Assembly: GCA_963704725.1 (NCBI GenBank)
Contig: OY969934.1
Location: forward strand, 1,408,001-1,472,000
Source: an uncultured Actinomycetes bacterium
Lineage (GTDB): Bacteria; Actinomycetota; UBA4738; HRBIN12
Direction of reading: 5' to 3'
DNA length: 64,000 bases
Positions 21,470 through 31,884 of this stretch are shown piece after piece. Within the stretch, counting starts at the first letter, position 1, and every line of letters starts with the position of its first letter. Below the pieces are notes generated by a model, which saw only the letters and a list, made by a program, of their open reading frames with translations, had not been told where the DNA came from and did not search any database. Both the position numbers and the translations under genes were made by a program.

Positions 21470-23190
21470 CCCGCGCGCGTCTCGGCGCGCTTCTCGGCGT
21501 GTGCGCGCTCGTGTGGATCCCGGCGTCGACCGTCCCCTCCCGCGCCGACCTCGCGGCCGCCAAGGAGGCCTACGTCTTCCTCGTCGAGGGCGTGGCGTTG
21601 CCCGACCTCCTGCCGATCCCCGGCGGCGGCGTCGCCCTGCTGAGCGGCGGCGCCGACCTCCCCGGGCGGCTCCGATCCCTGGCCCGCGACCCCGCGGTCC
21701 ACGTCGTGGACCTCGGCTCCCTCGAGGGACCGGGCACCGGGGACGCGGCCGTCCCCGTCGTGGACGGCGACCGGCTCCTGCGGGCCTGGGACGCGATCCG
21801 GGCCGAGCTCCGCGCGTCGAGGGCGACCCGCGTGCTCCTGGTGATCGCCTCGACGACCCCCCCGAGCGGGTATCCGGCCCCGGTCACGCCGATCGCCCTG
21901 GCTGCGGGCGACCCAGCGACGCTCCTGCCGGCGGGCCCCGGGCCGGTGGCCGTGGTGGGGAGCGAGCTGCACGCGCTGACCTCGGACTCCACCCGGCGAA
22001 CCGGCGTCGTCGTGGGAGCGGACGTCGTCCCGACCGTTCGGGCGTTCCTCGGCCTGCCCGAGGGGGACGACGGGTTCCCCATCCGTTCCACCGACGACCC
22101 GTGGCCGTTCGAGCTGCACGAGCGGTACCTGGCGCAGCGGCAGCTCTACGTGCCGATCGGGACGGCGGCGGCGCTGTACCTCACCGCCGCCGGCCTGCTC
22201 GGGGTCGCGTTCCTCGTCACCCGCCGGCGGGTCCCGCAGGGGTGGCGGCGGGTGGCCGCCTGGGGGACGCTCTCGGTGCCGATGCTGGCCACCGGGATGC
22301 TCGCGGCCGGACACCTCCCCGACCTGTCCTATGCCACCGCCGTGCCGATGATCGCGATCGTCACGGTGTTCGGGACGATGGCGTTCTCGCCGCTCGAGCG
22401 GGCGGACCCCACGCTGATCCCGGCGGGGATCGGCGCCGCCGTCCTCGGCCTCGGCGTCGTCGAGGCCATCCTCGGCTGGTCGGGGATGCTCACGCCGTTG
22501 CTGGGGGGCTCCCAGCTCGACGGCGGCCGCTTCTACGGCCTGCCGAACGTGGCGATCGGCCTCCTGGTGGGTGCCGCGCTGTGGGTGGCGCAGCGGCTGC
22601 GAACGCGCGACGGCTTCGTGCTCCTGTGCCTGCTGGGGCTGTTCGCCGGGCTCCCGTTCGTGGGTGCGAACCTCGGCGGCGCGGTGACCGCCTTCGCCGC
22701 CGCCGGGCTGTGGCTCGCCGTCCGCCGGCGGGAACGCCTGGGCGCGTGGCGGGGCGCCGGCGTCGCGCTCGGCGTGACGGCGGTCGGCGCCGCGGTGATC
22801 CTGGTGGCGCACGCGATCTCGCCGGTCCAGACGCACGTCTCCCGACTCGAGCAGAGCGGTGGCGGGGTCGGCGGCATCCTGGACAAGGTCGGCGATCGTC
22901 TCCAGGTCGGGTTCGACCTGATCGCGCGGAGCCCGGCGGCGCTCGTTCCCGTGCTCGGGCTCCCCGTCGTGCTGTTCTTCGTGCTGCGGCCGCCCGCCGT
23001 GATCGCCGCCACGTTCGAGCGGTGGCCGGCGTGGCGGGACGCCGTGCTGGTGACGATCCTCGCCGGGATCGTCGCGTACGTGGTGAACGACTCCGGCCCC
23101 GCGGCGGCCGGCCTGGCCTTCGGTCTCGGCCTGGGCGGGATGCTGGCCGTGTCGCTCCTCGCCGTCCGGGGCAAGATGGAGGGGCCATGA
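21466..23190 (+). CDS. Uncharacterised multi-pass membrane protein with N-terminal extracytoplasmic domain
   Basis: Signal peptide, soluble domain, then about 10 TM helices with polar motifs [15 protein letters not shown] and NDSG; GTGA overlap with murA. Confidence 0.7.
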   Translation: MTRARLGALLGVCALVWIPASTVPSRADLAAAKEAYVFLVEGVALPDLLPIPGGGVALLSGGADLPGRLRSLARDPAVHVVDLGSLEGPGTGDAAVPVVDGDRLLRAWDAIRAELRASRATRVLLVIASTTPPSGYPAPVTPIALAAGDPATLLPAGPGPVAVVGSELHALTSDSTRRTGVVVGADVVPTVRAFLGLPEGDDGFPIRSTDDPWPFELHERYLAQRQLYVPIGTAAALYLTAAGLLGVAFLVTRRRVPQGWRRVAAWGTLSVPMLATGMLAAGHLPDLSYATAVPMIAIVTVFGTMAFSPLERADPTLIPAGIGAAVLGLGVVEAILGWSGMLTPLLGGSQLDGGRFYGLPNVAIGLLVGAALWVAQRLRTRDGFVLLCLLGLFAGLPFVGANLGGAVTAFAAAGLWLAVRRRERLGAWRGAGVALGVTAVGAAVILVAHAISPVQTHVSRLEQSGGGVGGILDKVGDRLQVGFDLIARSPAALVPVLGLPVVLFFVLRPPAVIAATFERWPAWRDAVLVTILAGIVAYVVNDSGPAAAGLAFGLGLGGMLAVSLLAVRGKMEGP

Positions 23191-23984
23191 GCGCCGATCA
23201 GGTCCCGCCGCGGCCCGACGGCGTGCTCCCCGTGCCGCCGCCGCCCGCTCGCGCCGCCGGGAGCGGGATGGGCGGCCGCCCCACCGCCACCTGGAACCTG
23301 TGGGAGGCCGTCGGGATCTACGTGCTGGCCCTGTTGATCGGCGGCATCGCCGCGGTTCCGGTCCTGGCGCTCCTGGGCGAGACCGACGCCGCGGACCTGT
23401 CCGCCTCGGCCGTCGCCGCGATCGTCACCGTGGGGGTTCTCCTGGCCTGGCTCACCCACTCGCACCGGACGTGGCGAGAGGTGATCGGCCTTCCCGCTCC
23501 GGGGACCTGGTGGCGCGAGATCCGGTCCGCCGTGGGGTTTGGCCTGCTGCTCTACCCCGTGATGGCCTTCGGGGTGGGTCTCGTCGTGAGCGCCCTGCTC
23601 TCCGCCGTTTCCGGACACACGGCGCAGACCCCGGAGCAGGTGCCGCCCGATCTGCCGGCGCTGGGGGTGGCGGTGGCCGTGCTCTACGCCATCGTGATCG
23701 CCCCGATCCACGAGGAGCTCTTCTTCCGCGGCATCTTGTTCCGGGCGGCCGGGGACCGGTACGGTCTCGTCGCCGGGCTGCTCGTGTCGGGGCTCGGCTT
23801 CGCGCTGATCCACTACGTCCCCGATCCCTGGCAGGACGCGCTGCTCTTGATGGGCGTGATGTTCTTCAACGGGATGGCGCTGGCGTGGTGGTACGCGCGG
23901 AGGGGGACCATCGTGGCCTCGATGGTGGCGCACATGACGTTCAACGTGATCGGCCTGACCCTGATCCTGGCGCTGGGGTCGTAG
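23187..23984 (+). CDS. CPBP (CAAX/Abi) family intramembrane glutamic endopeptidase
   Basis: EELFFRG, FALIH, AHMTFN. Confidence 0.9.
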   Translation: MSADQVPPRPDGVLPVPPPPARAAGSGMGGRPTATWNLWEAVGIYVLALLIGGIAAVPVLALLGETDAADLSASAVAAIVTVGVLLAWLTHSHRTWREVIGLPAPGTWWREIRSAVGFGLLLYPVMAFGVGLVVSALLSAVSGHTAQTPEQVPPDLPALGVAVAVLYAIVIAPIHEELFFRGILFRAAGDRYGLVAGLLVSGLGFALIHYVPDPWQDALLLMGVMFFNGMALAWWYARRGTIVASMVAHMTFNVIGLTLILALGS

Positions 23985-24022
23985 GTCGGCCGCGGGATGG
24001 TCCGAGAGGGGAGAGGGGATCG

Positions 24023-24457
24023 ATGGCGCTGTTCCCGAGCGAGGAGTGGGTCTCGGTCTACCGGGATCGCATCAACGGGTCGGCCGACTACCGTGACGCC
24101 GCCGCCACCTGGGAGGGCGCGGTCGCGTTCGTCTTCGAGGCCGAGCCCGACCACGGCGTGCCGCAGGACCTGTGCGCGTACCTCGACCTGTGGCACGGCG
24201 AGTGCCGGCGGGCGGCGATGCTCGGGGCCGACGACACCGGAGAAGCTCCCTTCGTGATCCGGGCGCCGTACTCCCGGTGGAAGGAGGTCGTGCGCGGCGA
24301 TCTCGACCCGGTCAAGGGCATGATGCAGGGCAAGCTGAGGTTGGAGGGGGACCTGGCGACGATCGTGCGGTACGTGCGGGCGGCCAACGAGCTCGTCCAC
24401 CTCACGATGCAGGTGCCGACCGAGTTCCTCGACGAGCGGCCCACCGCGACGGCCTGA
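24023..24457 (+). CDS. SCP2 sterol/lipid-binding domain protein
   Basis: FPSEEW at the N-terminus; LDPVKGMMQGKLRLEGDL. Confidence 0.85.
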   Translation: MALFPSEEWVSVYRDRINGSADYRDAAATWEGAVAFVFEAEPDHGVPQDLCAYLDLWHGECRRAAMLGADDTGEAPFVIRAPYSRWKEVVRGDLDPVKGMMQGKLRLEGDLATIVRYVRAANELVHLTMQVPTEFLDERPTATA

Positions 24458-24461
24458 TCCC

Positions 24462-25502
24462 GTGCGCGCGGTCGTCTTCCGGGGGCCGGGGGTCGTCGAG
24501 GTCGCCGACGTCCCCGAGCCCGAGCTGCTCGATCCGCGGGACGCGATCGTCCGGGTCTCGACCGCCGCGATCTGCGGATCCGACCTGCACTTCTTCCACG
24601 GGAAGGCGCCGCTCGAGCTGGGCGACACGATGGGCCACGAGGCGGTGGGGTTCGTCGAGCACGCCGGTGACGGACTCCGGCGCGCCTGGGCCGGCCGCAG
24701 GGTCGTGGCCGCGTTCAACATCGCCTGCGGGACGTGCTGGTTCTGCGCCCACGGCCAGAGCCAGCTCTGCGAGGACGCGCGCATCCTCGGGGCGGGCCTG
24801 TTCGGCGGCGCCCTGGGCGGCGCGCAGGCCGAGCTCGTGCGGATCCCCGACGCCGACGTGAACCTGCTCGCGGTCCCCGACGACGTCGAGGACGAGCGCG
24901 CCATCTTCGTGGGCGACGTGCTCTCGAGCGCGTTCCACGCGGCCACGGTGGCGGCGATCGAGCCCGGCGAGACGGTCGCCGTCCTCGGGGCGGGCCCCGT
25001 CGGGTACCTGGTCGCCCAGGCCGCGATGACCCACGGGCCGGCCGAGGTGATCTCGATCGACCTCGAGCCTGACCGACTCGCCCTGGCCGAGGCCTCGGGC
25101 GCCGTGCCGGTGAACGCCCGCGAGCGCAACCCGCAGAGCGCCGTGTTCGAGCGGACCGGCGGCCGGGGCGCGGACGTCGTGATCGAGGCCGTCGGAACGG
25201 CCACCGCCTTCGAGGAGGCGCTCGAGGTGGTGCGCCGGGGCGGGCGGGTCGTGGTCGTCGGCGTCTACGCGAGCGAGGTCGTCCAGGCGCAGCTCGGTGT
25301 GTGGTGGGCGCGCGCCCTCGACGTGCGGTTCACGGGCCTGTGCCCCGTGCACGGCGTGTGGGAGCGGGCGATGGCCGAGGTGCGACGCCGGGCGATCGAT
25401 CCGCTCCCCCTCGTGTCGCACCGGCTCTCGCTCGAGGAGGCGCCGAAGGGGTACGAGCTCTTCGACGAGCGGCGGGCGACGAAGGTCCTGCTCGCGCCGT
25501 GA
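24462..25502 (+). CDS. Zinc-dependent alcohol dehydrogenase (MDR family)
   Basis: ICGSDLH, GHE, CGTCWFC..C structural Zn site, GAGPVG. Confidence 0.93.
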   Translation: MRAVVFRGPGVVEVADVPEPELLDPRDAIVRVSTAAICGSDLHFFHGKAPLELGDTMGHEAVGFVEHAGDGLRRAWAGRRVVAAFNIACGTCWFCAHGQSQLCEDARILGAGLFGGALGGAQAELVRIPDADVNLLAVPDDVEDERAIFVGDVLSSAFHAATVAAIEPGETVAVLGAGPVGYLVAQAAMTHGPAEVISIDLEPDRLALAEASGAVPVNARERNPQSAVFERTGGRGADVVIEAVGTATAFEEALEVVRRGGRVVVVGVYASEVVQAQLGVWWARALDVRFTGLCPVHGVWERAMAEVRRRAIDPLPLVSHRLSLEEAPKGYELFDERRATKVLLAP

Positions 25503-25915
25503 CGCCGCCCATGCTGCTCGCCGACGACGAGCCGAACGCGTTCGCGGGGATGCTGGCCGGGCTGATCGAGGCGAACCTGGCCCGCCACCCGCGTCGCGCC
25601 TCCCTGCTGCGCCCGGCCACCGTGGAGCTCGAGGCCACCGACGCCGGCGTGGCGGTGGCCGTCCGTACCCGGCGGGGCGAGGTTCGGATCGCGAACGGGC
25701 CGGCGAACCCCGGGTTCGACGTCCGCATCCGCGCCGGCGGCCAGGACCTGCTCGCGCTCGCGGCGGCGCCGCTCCTGCTCGGGTACCCGAACCCGCTGCG
25801 ACGGGACGGCCGGGCCGTTCTCGGTGGTCTGGCGCGGGGGCGGATCCGCGTCCATGGGCTCCTGCGCCATCCGGTCGTCCTGTCGCGGTTCGCCCGGCTG
25901 CTCTCGGTGACGTGA
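25499..25915 (+). CDS. Hypothetical protein, possibly SCP2-like fold
   Basis: Good GC3 frame, overlaps both neighbours, LARGRIRVHGL resembles an SCP2 C-terminus. Confidence 0.6.
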   Translation: MTPPMLLADDEPNAFAGMLAGLIEANLARHPRRASLLRPATVELEATDAGVAVAVRTRRGEVRIANGPANPGFDVRIRAGGQDLLALAAAPLLLGYPNPLRRDGRAVLGGLARGRIRVHGLLRHPVVLSRFARLLSVT

Positions 25916-26487
25916 TGGATACGTCGGCGACGATCCTTCCCGCCCCGCCTGTCCGGGAGCGGAGGTTCCTGCCGGCGCTCGTCGTCCTCGTCGTCCTTCT
26001 CGGCGTGGTGTTCGGCGGGTACGTGGCGGCGGCGGCGCTCTCGTCGCCCGCGGGTTCCCCCGTGGACGTGGCCGGCCTGGTCCGCATCCGGCCCCTGTCG
26101 GGTTGGGAGCTGGCGCGCCGCTTCGGGGATCCGCCGGGGGTCCGGCTGACGCGGGGGAGTGCCAGCCTGGACGTGGCGGCCGGGGCGTTCTCGGGACCGT
26201 CGGCCGAGCTCCTGGAGGGGTACGTGCGGGAGGTGATCGAGGCGCAGGGCGACCAGGTCTCGGTCTCGCGGGTCGAGACGGTCTCGCTCGTGTCGGGGCT
26301 GGAGGGATCACAGGTCTCCTACGTCGGGGTGTTCGGCCGGGGCCAGACGCCGATCGAGGGCCGGCTCACCGCGGTGGTCTCCGCATCGGGCGTCGGGGTG
26401 GTCTTCGACGGCTGGGCCCCGAACGGGCTGCTGCGGTACGCGCAGGAGGACCTCCAGACGATGATCGAGCGCGCGGAGGTGGCGTGA
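25915..26487 (+). CDS. Hypothetical single-pass membrane protein
   Basis: One N-terminal TM helix then a soluble domain; coupled to the PrsW gene. Confidence 0.65.
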   Translation: MDTSATILPAPPVRERRFLPALVVLVVLLGVVFGGYVAAAALSSPAGSPVDVAGLVRIRPLSGWELARRFGDPPGVRLTRGSASLDVAAGAFSGPSAELLEGYVREVIEAQGDQVSVSRVETVSLVSGLEGSQVSYVGVFGRGQTPIEGRLTAVVSASGVGVVFDGWAPNGLLRYAQEDLQTMIERAEVA

Positions 26488-27695
26488 TGGCGGTCGCGCC
26501 GGCGCCCCCGAGGATCCGAGCCGGCTGGGGCGGGCAGGCCTCGCTGTTCCAGACACGCCAGCCCGCCTTCTGGCTGTACGCGGCGATCGTCGCCGTGACC
26601 GGCTCGTACGCGTGGCAGGAGCAGCGCCTGTTCAGCGAGCTCTCGCCGTCGGGGTGGGCGCTGTCGTGGCTCCTGCTGCTCGTGTACGCGCTGCCGCTGT
26701 TCCTCGGGATCTACCTGCTGGACCTGTACGAACGCGAGCCCCTGTCCCTGGTGCTCGGGGCGCTCGTGTGGGGCGGCGTGGCCGCGACCGTCCTGTCGGC
26801 GCTGGCGAACCAGGGGTGGGGGCTGGTCGTGGCCCGGCTGGCGAGCCCGGAGTTCGCGTCGCGCTGGACGGCGGCGCTCACGGCGCCCTTCGTCGAGGAG
26901 ACGACGAAGGTGGCCGGCGTCGTGCTGATCTACCTCATCGCCCGTCGCGAGATGGACGACGTGATGGACGGGTTCGTGTACGGCGCGATGGTGGGGCTCG
27001 GCTTCGCCGTCGTCGAGGACGTCTTCTACTTCGTCGCCATCTTCGGAGGCTCGCCGGCCGGTGTGATCGCCGGGTTCTACGTCCGGATCGTCTCGAGCGG
27101 CCTCTACGGGCACGTCCTGTACACCGGGCTGTCGGGGATGGGGGTGGCGTACTTCACCTCGCGCGCCGGCGAGGAGCCTTTCCACCGAAGGCTGCTCGTC
27201 GCGACCCTGCTCTTCGCCGCCGGCGTCGGCGGCCACTTCCTGTGGAACTCGCCGCTGCTCAACTTCTTCCCGGGCAGCGTGCAGGGCCCGGTGGATTGGC
27301 TCCGGATCCCGCTCGCGGCGGCGGTGAAGGGATTGCCGCTGCTCGCCTTCGTGGTCGTCCTCGTCGCGCTGGCGCATCGGCGGGAGCGCGTCTGGCTCGG
27401 CGCCGCGCTGAGATCGGAGGCGGATACGCCGGCTCTGTCGCGGACCGAGCTGGGCATCCTCCTCGACGCGGGCGCCCGACGACGTTCGCGACACGACATG
27501 CGCGTGCGGGCGGGAGACGGCGCGGCCCGGCTGCTCAGGCGGCTGCAGCGGGAGCAGGTCAACCTGGCCATGGTCCGGTCGCGCGTGGCGGAGGGCGACG
27601 ACCCGGCGCTCGTCCGGCAGCGCCAGCTGTGCAAGTCGCTGCGGGACGCGCTGTTCGCCATCCCGGGCGCCGCGCCCGCGGCGGACGCACCCTGA
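26487..27695 (+). CDS. PrsW family intramembrane metalloprotease
   Basis: PFVEETTK, FAVVED, HVLYT, HFLWN. Confidence 0.9.
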   Translation: MAVAPAPPRIRAGWGGQASLFQTRQPAFWLYAAIVAVTGSYAWQEQRLFSELSPSGWALSWLLLLVYALPLFLGIYLLDLYEREPLSLVLGALVWGGVAATVLSALANQGWGLVVARLASPEFASRWTAALTAPFVEETTKVAGVVLIYLIARREMDDVMDGFVYGAMVGLGFAVVEDVFYFVAIFGGSPAGVIAGFYVRIVSSGLYGHVLYTGLSGMGVAYFTSRAGEEPFHRRLLVATLLFAAGVGGHFLWNSPLLNFFPGSVQGPVDWLRIPLAAAVKGLPLLAFVVVLVALAHRRERVWLGAALRSEADTPALSRTELGILLDAGARRRSRHDMRVRAGDGAARLLRRLQREQVNLAMVRSRVAEGDDPALVRQRQLCKSLRDALFAIPGAAPAADAP

Positions 27696-27726
27696 CGCCA
27701 CCCCGAGCCGCGCGTAGGCTCCGGCC

Positions 27727-28665
27727 GTGAACCTCGTCGACGGCGTTCGCGGCGGGGATCCCCGGGCCATCGCCCGGGCGATCTCGATGGTGGAGGACGG
27801 CGCCGAGGGTCTGGCCGAGCTCTCCGCGGCCCTCTTCCCACACACCGGAAGGGCGGCCACGATCGGGCTCACGGGGTCGCCGGGGGTCGGCAAGTCGACG
27901 CTCGCGGCGGAGCTGGTGCGCGTGGCGCGGGAGCACGGCCGGACCGTCGCGGTCCTCGCGATCGACCCCACGTCCCCGTTCAGCGGCGGCGCGCTCCTCG
28001 GCGATCGCCTCCGGATGCAGGCGCATGCCACCGACCCCGGCGTGTTCATCCGCTCGATGGCGACGCGCGGGCACCTCGGCGGGATGGCCCTGGCGGCGCC
28101 GGAGGCGGTCCGGATCCTGGATGCCTCGGGTCACGACGTCGTGATCGTCGAGACCGTGGGTGTGGGGCAGGCCGAGGTGGACGTGGCGGCCGCGACCGAC
28201 ACCACGCTCGTCGTCGTCTCGCCGGGGTGGGGCGATCAGGTGCAGGTGGCCAAGGCGGGGATCCTGGAGGTGGCGGACGTCTTCGTCGTGAACAAGGCCG
28301 ATCGCGAGGGGGCGGACGGGGCCGCCCGTGACCTCGCGCAGATGATCCGCATGGGGGCCGAGCTCGCCTGGACGCCGCCCGTGGTGAAGGCCGCCGCGGC
28401 AAGCGGCGAGGGCGTCGAGGGCGTGTGGGAGGCGATCACGTCCCATCGGGCCCACCTCGAGGCGACGGGCGCTCTCGGCGCGGGCCGCCGCGAACGACTG
28501 GTCCACGAGGTCGAGAGCCTTGCCGCGGAGCGGTTCCGCGTCCGGATGCGCGAGCGGCTCGACGCCGACCCCACGCTCGCGGACGACCTGGCGGAGCGCA
28601 GGGTCGATCCGTACCGGGCCGCGGATATCCTGGTGGATCGGCTCCGGCAGAGCCTCGAGACGTAG
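27727..28665 (+). CDS. meaB: Acyl-CoA mutase-associated GTPase MeaB
   Basis: [38 protein letters not shown]. Confidence 0.95.
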   Translation: MNLVDGVRGGDPRAIARAISMVEDGAEGLAELSAALFPHTGRAATIGLTGSPGVGKSTLAAELVRVAREHGRTVAVLAIDPTSPFSGGALLGDRLRMQAHATDPGVFIRSMATRGHLGGMALAAPEAVRILDASGHDVVIVETVGVGQAEVDVAAATDTTLVVVSPGWGDQVQVAKAGILEVADVFVVNKADREGADGAARDLAQMIRMGAELAWTPPVVKAAAASGEGVEGVWEAITSHRAHLEATGALGAGRRERLVHEVESLAAERFRVRMRERLDADPTLADDLAERRVDPYRAADILVDRLRQSLET

Positions 28666-28675
28666 GAGCGCGGAC

Positions 28676-30319
28676 GTGGTCGAGCAGCGCGAGCGTCGCA
28701 CCCCCGGCGCGGCGGGCCCGGATGAGGTCCGAACGCTGTCCGGCGAGCCCCTCGAGCCCGTGTACACGCCCGAGGACCTGGCGGGGTTCGATCCGGAGCG
28801 CAAGCTGGGCGATCCGGGCGCGTACCCGTTCACGCGGGGGGTGTACCCCACGATGTACCGGGGCCGGATGTGGACGATGCGCCAGTTCGCCGGCTTCGGG
28901 ACGCCGGCGGAGACGAACGCCAGGTACCGGTACCTGCTCGAGCACGGCCAGGGTGGGCTCTCGGTCGCGTTCGACATGCCGACGCTCATGGGCCGGGACT
29001 CCGACGACCCGCGCGCCGAGGGCGAGGTGGGCCGGTGCGGCGTCGCCACCGACACGCTGGAGGACTTCGACGACCTGTTCGCCGGCATCCCCCTCGGCGA
29101 CATCAGCACCTCGATGACGATCAGCGGCCCGGCGGTGATCGTCTTCGCGTACTACCTCGCGGCGGCGGAGCGCCAGGGCGCGTCGTGGGAGGGACTCGAC
29201 GGCACCCTGCAGACGGACATCCTGAAGGAGTACATCGCCCAGAAGGAGTGGATCTTCCCGCCGCGGCCGCACCTCCGGCTGATCGGCGACCTCATGGCGT
29301 TCTGCCTGGAGCGCACCCCCCGGTTCCATCCCCTCAGCGTGTCCGGGTACCACATCCGCGAGGCGGGGGCGAACGCGTGGCAGGAGCTCGCGTACACGCT
29401 CGCCGACGGGTTCGCCTACGTCGAGCTCGGGCAGCAGCGCGGCCTGGACGTCGACCGGTTCGCGCCGGGGCTGTCGTTCTTCTTCAACGCGCACGTCGAC
29501 TTCTTCGAGGAGATCGCCAAGTACCGCGCCGCCCGCAGGATCTGGGCCCGGTGGCTGCGCGAGCGGTACGGCGCGACCGACGAGTCCTCGATGCGGCTGC
29601 GGTTCCACACGCAGACGGCGGGGGTCTCGCTGACCGCCCAGCAGCCCATGAACAATGTCGTCCGCACGGCCGTCGAGGCGCTCGCGGCGGTGCTCGGCGG
29701 GACGCAGTCGCTCCATACGAACGCGCTCGACGAGGTCCTGGCGCTGCCCACCGAGGAGGCGGCCAAGCTCGCCCTGCGCACCCAGCAGATCATCGCGTAC
29801 GAGAGCGGCGTGGCGGACGTGATCGACCCGCTCGGCGGCTCGTACTTCGTGGAGACGCTGACCGATCGGATGGAGGAGCTCGCCGAGGCCGAGTTCGTTC
29901 GCATCCAGGCGATGGGGAACGGCTCGATGCTCGAGGGCGTGCTGGCGGGGATCGAGCGCGGGTACTTCCAGCAGGAGATCGCGGAGTCGGCGTTCCGCGA
30001 GCAGGAGCGGTACGAGCGCGGGGATCTCGTGAAGGTCGGGGTGACCCACTTCGTGGAGGAGGGGGAGGCGCCGATCGACGTCCTCGAGATCGGCCCCGAC
30101 GTCGAGCGCGAGCAGGTCGAGCGGATCCGCGACGTCCGCACGCGGCGGGACGACGACGCGGCGGGCGCGGCGCTGGAGCGGCTCTCGGCTCTGGCGGCCA
30201 CGGACGAGAACCTCGTCGAGCCGCTGGTGGCGTGCGCCCGGGCCCTGTGCACCGAGGGCGAGATCGTGGCGGCGCTCCGCCGGGTCTTCGGCGAGTACAC
30301 GGAGACGCCCCGCTTCTAG
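28676..30319 (+). CDS. icmA: AdoCbl-dependent acyl-CoA mutase large subunit, isobutyryl-CoA mutase type
   Basis: [21 protein letters not shown] (Phe), KEYIAQKEW (Gln), SGYHIREAG; no C-terminal DxHxxG domain. Confidence 0.8.
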   Translation: MVEQRERRTPGAAGPDEVRTLSGEPLEPVYTPEDLAGFDPERKLGDPGAYPFTRGVYPTMYRGRMWTMRQFAGFGTPAETNARYRYLLEHGQGGLSVAFDMPTLMGRDSDDPRAEGEVGRCGVATDTLEDFDDLFAGIPLGDISTSMTISGPAVIVFAYYLAAAERQGASWEGLDGTLQTDILKEYIAQKEWIFPPRPHLRLIGDLMAFCLERTPRFHPLSVSGYHIREAGANAWQELAYTLADGFAYVELGQQRGLDVDRFAPGLSFFFNAHVDFFEEIAKYRAARRIWARWLRERYGATDESSMRLRFHTQTAGVSLTAQQPMNNVVRTAVEALAAVLGGTQSLHTNALDEVLALPTEEAAKLALRTQQIIAYESGVADVIDPLGGSYFVETLTDRMEELAEAEFVRIQAMGNGSMLEGVLAGIERGYFQQEIAESAFREQERYERGDLVKVGVTHFVEEGEAPIDVLEIGPDVEREQVERIRDVRTRRDDDAAGAALERLSALAATDENLVEPLVACARALCTEGEIVAALRRVFGEYTETPRF

Positions 30320-30398
30320 CTCGCCGGGCGATCCGCCCGGGGCCGGCGCTCGAAGACCTTGCGAGCGGGCCCACTGGTCCTTCCTGCAGTTCGTGCCT

Positions 30399-30429
30399 GT
30401 TGCAGCTCGATGCAGCAACTCGGTAGACT
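30399..30429 (+). promoter_or_regulatory. Promoter with overlapping candidate Fur-family operator for the NiCoT gene
   Basis: TTGCAG-N18-TAGACT; inverted repeat GTTGC-N11-GCAAC at 30399-30419. Confidence 0.55.
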
Positions 30430-30492
30430 CGTGCCCCCGAGCCCGCCCGAGGATGGCCCGACATGGTTCCGCGGGTTCGCGAGGGAGACGCG

Positions 30493-31410
30493 ATGCTCCG
30501 ACAACTGATCTCGGCGACCGACGCGGAGGCGTTCCGGATCGGGCTCGTCGCGACCACGTTCGGGTTCGGGCTCCGCCACGGCATCGACTGGGACCACATC
30601 GCGGCGATCACGGACATCACGACCTCCCAGGAGACCGGCCGGGTGTCGATGCTGTTCGCGACGCTGTACGCGCTCGGGCACGCGCTGGTCGTCTTCGTCC
30701 TCGGGGTCGCCGCGATCACCCTGGGAGACCTGCTCCCGAGCAGCGTCGACTCCATGATGGAGCGGATCGTGGGGGTGACGTTGATCCTCCTGGGGGTCTA
30801 CGTGTTCTTCGCCCTGATCCGGGACCGCAGGGACTTCCGCATGCGGAGCCGTTGGATGCTGATCTTCGCCGGGGTCCGGGCCGGCTCCAGGTGGGTCCGC
30901 TCGCGCGTCGGATCGGCCCCCTCCCGGCCCGCCCTCGAGCCGCTGGAACACCAGCACGAGCACGTCTCGGGGACCCCTCACCACAGCGCGGTCGAGTCGC
31001 CCAAGCAGGCCGCGGCCACCCTCACGGCCGGTCCGCACGAGCACCTGCACCATCACGTCGGCGCCAAGGAGAGCGACGCGTTCATGAACTACGGCAAGGG
31101 CACGTCGTTCGTCGTGGGGATGATCCACGGCGTGGGCGCCGAGACCCCGACGCAGATCCTGATCTTCCTCGCCGCGGCCGGCGGGGGAGGGGTGACCGGG
31201 GGCGTGCTGCTGCTGTTCGTGTTCCTGGCCGGCCTGTTCGCCAGCAACTCGATCATCGCCCTCGCGTCGACCTACGGCTTCCTGGCCGCGGGCCGGAGCT
31301 TCCGGGTGTACGCGACCGTCGCCGTGCTGACGGGGACGTTCAGCCTCGTCATCGGAATGCTGTTCGTGGTCGGCAAGGGGACGTTCCTGCCGGCGATCTT
31401 CGGGGGCTGA
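30493..31410 (+). CDS. Nickel/cobalt permease (NiCoT/HoxN-RcnA-like)
   Basis: GLRHGIDWDHIAAI (variant of HAxDADH), LGHALVV, His-rich loop, GMIHGVGAE. Confidence 0.82.
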   Translation: MLRQLISATDAEAFRIGLVATTFGFGLRHGIDWDHIAAITDITTSQETGRVSMLFATLYALGHALVVFVLGVAAITLGDLLPSSVDSMMERIVGVTLILLGVYVFFALIRDRRDFRMRSRWMLIFAGVRAGSRWVRSRVGSAPSRPALEPLEHQHEHVSGTPHHSAVESPKQAAATLTAGPHEHLHHHVGAKESDAFMNYGKGTSFVVGMIHGVGAETPTQILIFLAAAGGGGVTGGVLLLFVFLAGLFASNSIIALASTYGFLAAGRSFRVYATVAVLTGTFSLVIGMLFVVGKGTFLPAIFGG

Positions 31411-31431
31411 ACGCCTCGACCTCTGCGAGCG

Positions 31432-31875
31432 TCAGCCGGAAGCGGCGAGCTCGCGGCGACAGTCGGCACACAGCCCGCCGATCGCGAAGTGCGTGAGGTC
31501 GGGCTGGAACCCGTGGTGGCGCTCGATGAGCCGGACCAGCGCCTCGGCCTCGTCGATGGAGAGGTCGTCCTCGGCGCCGCAGTGGGAGCACGTGAGGTGG
31601 ACGTGTCCGGCGTCCTCGGCGCGGTGGTACTCGGCCCCGCTTTCCATGTGGGCGTGGGCCAGCACGCCGACCTCCTCCAGGAGCGAGAGCGTCCGGTAGA
31701 TCGTCGAGGCGTTCACGCCCGGCATCTCGCCCTGGACCTTCCGCGCCAGCGCGGTCGGCGAGATGTGGCCGTGGGTCCGCATGATCTCGGCCACGATGGC
31801 TCGCCGCTGCGGCGTCATCCGCAGGCCCCGGTCGCGAAGGACCTCGATGACGTCGAGGGTTGTGCGCTGGGCCAT
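31432..31875 (-). CDS. Fur family transcriptional regulator, Nur-like
   Basis: RMTPQR, STIYRTL, HAH, HVHLTCSHC, HFAIGGLCADC; the HAH and HFAI motifs match Streptomyces Nur as I recall it. Confidence 0.9.
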   Translation of the reverse strand: MAQRTTLDVIEVLRDRGLRMTPQRRAIVAEIMRTHGHISPTALARKVQGEMPGVNASTIYRTLSLLEEVGVLAHAHMESGAEYHRAEDAGHVHLTCSHCGAEDDLSIDEAEALVRLIERHHGFQPDLTHFAIGGLCADCRRELAASG

Positions 31876-31884
31876 CACGGGCCG

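Noticed and set aside
30320-30492. Possible cobalamin or NiCo riboswitch upstream of the permease
   Set aside because: No B12-box is visible, and the predicted leader is short and explained by a promoter plus operator.
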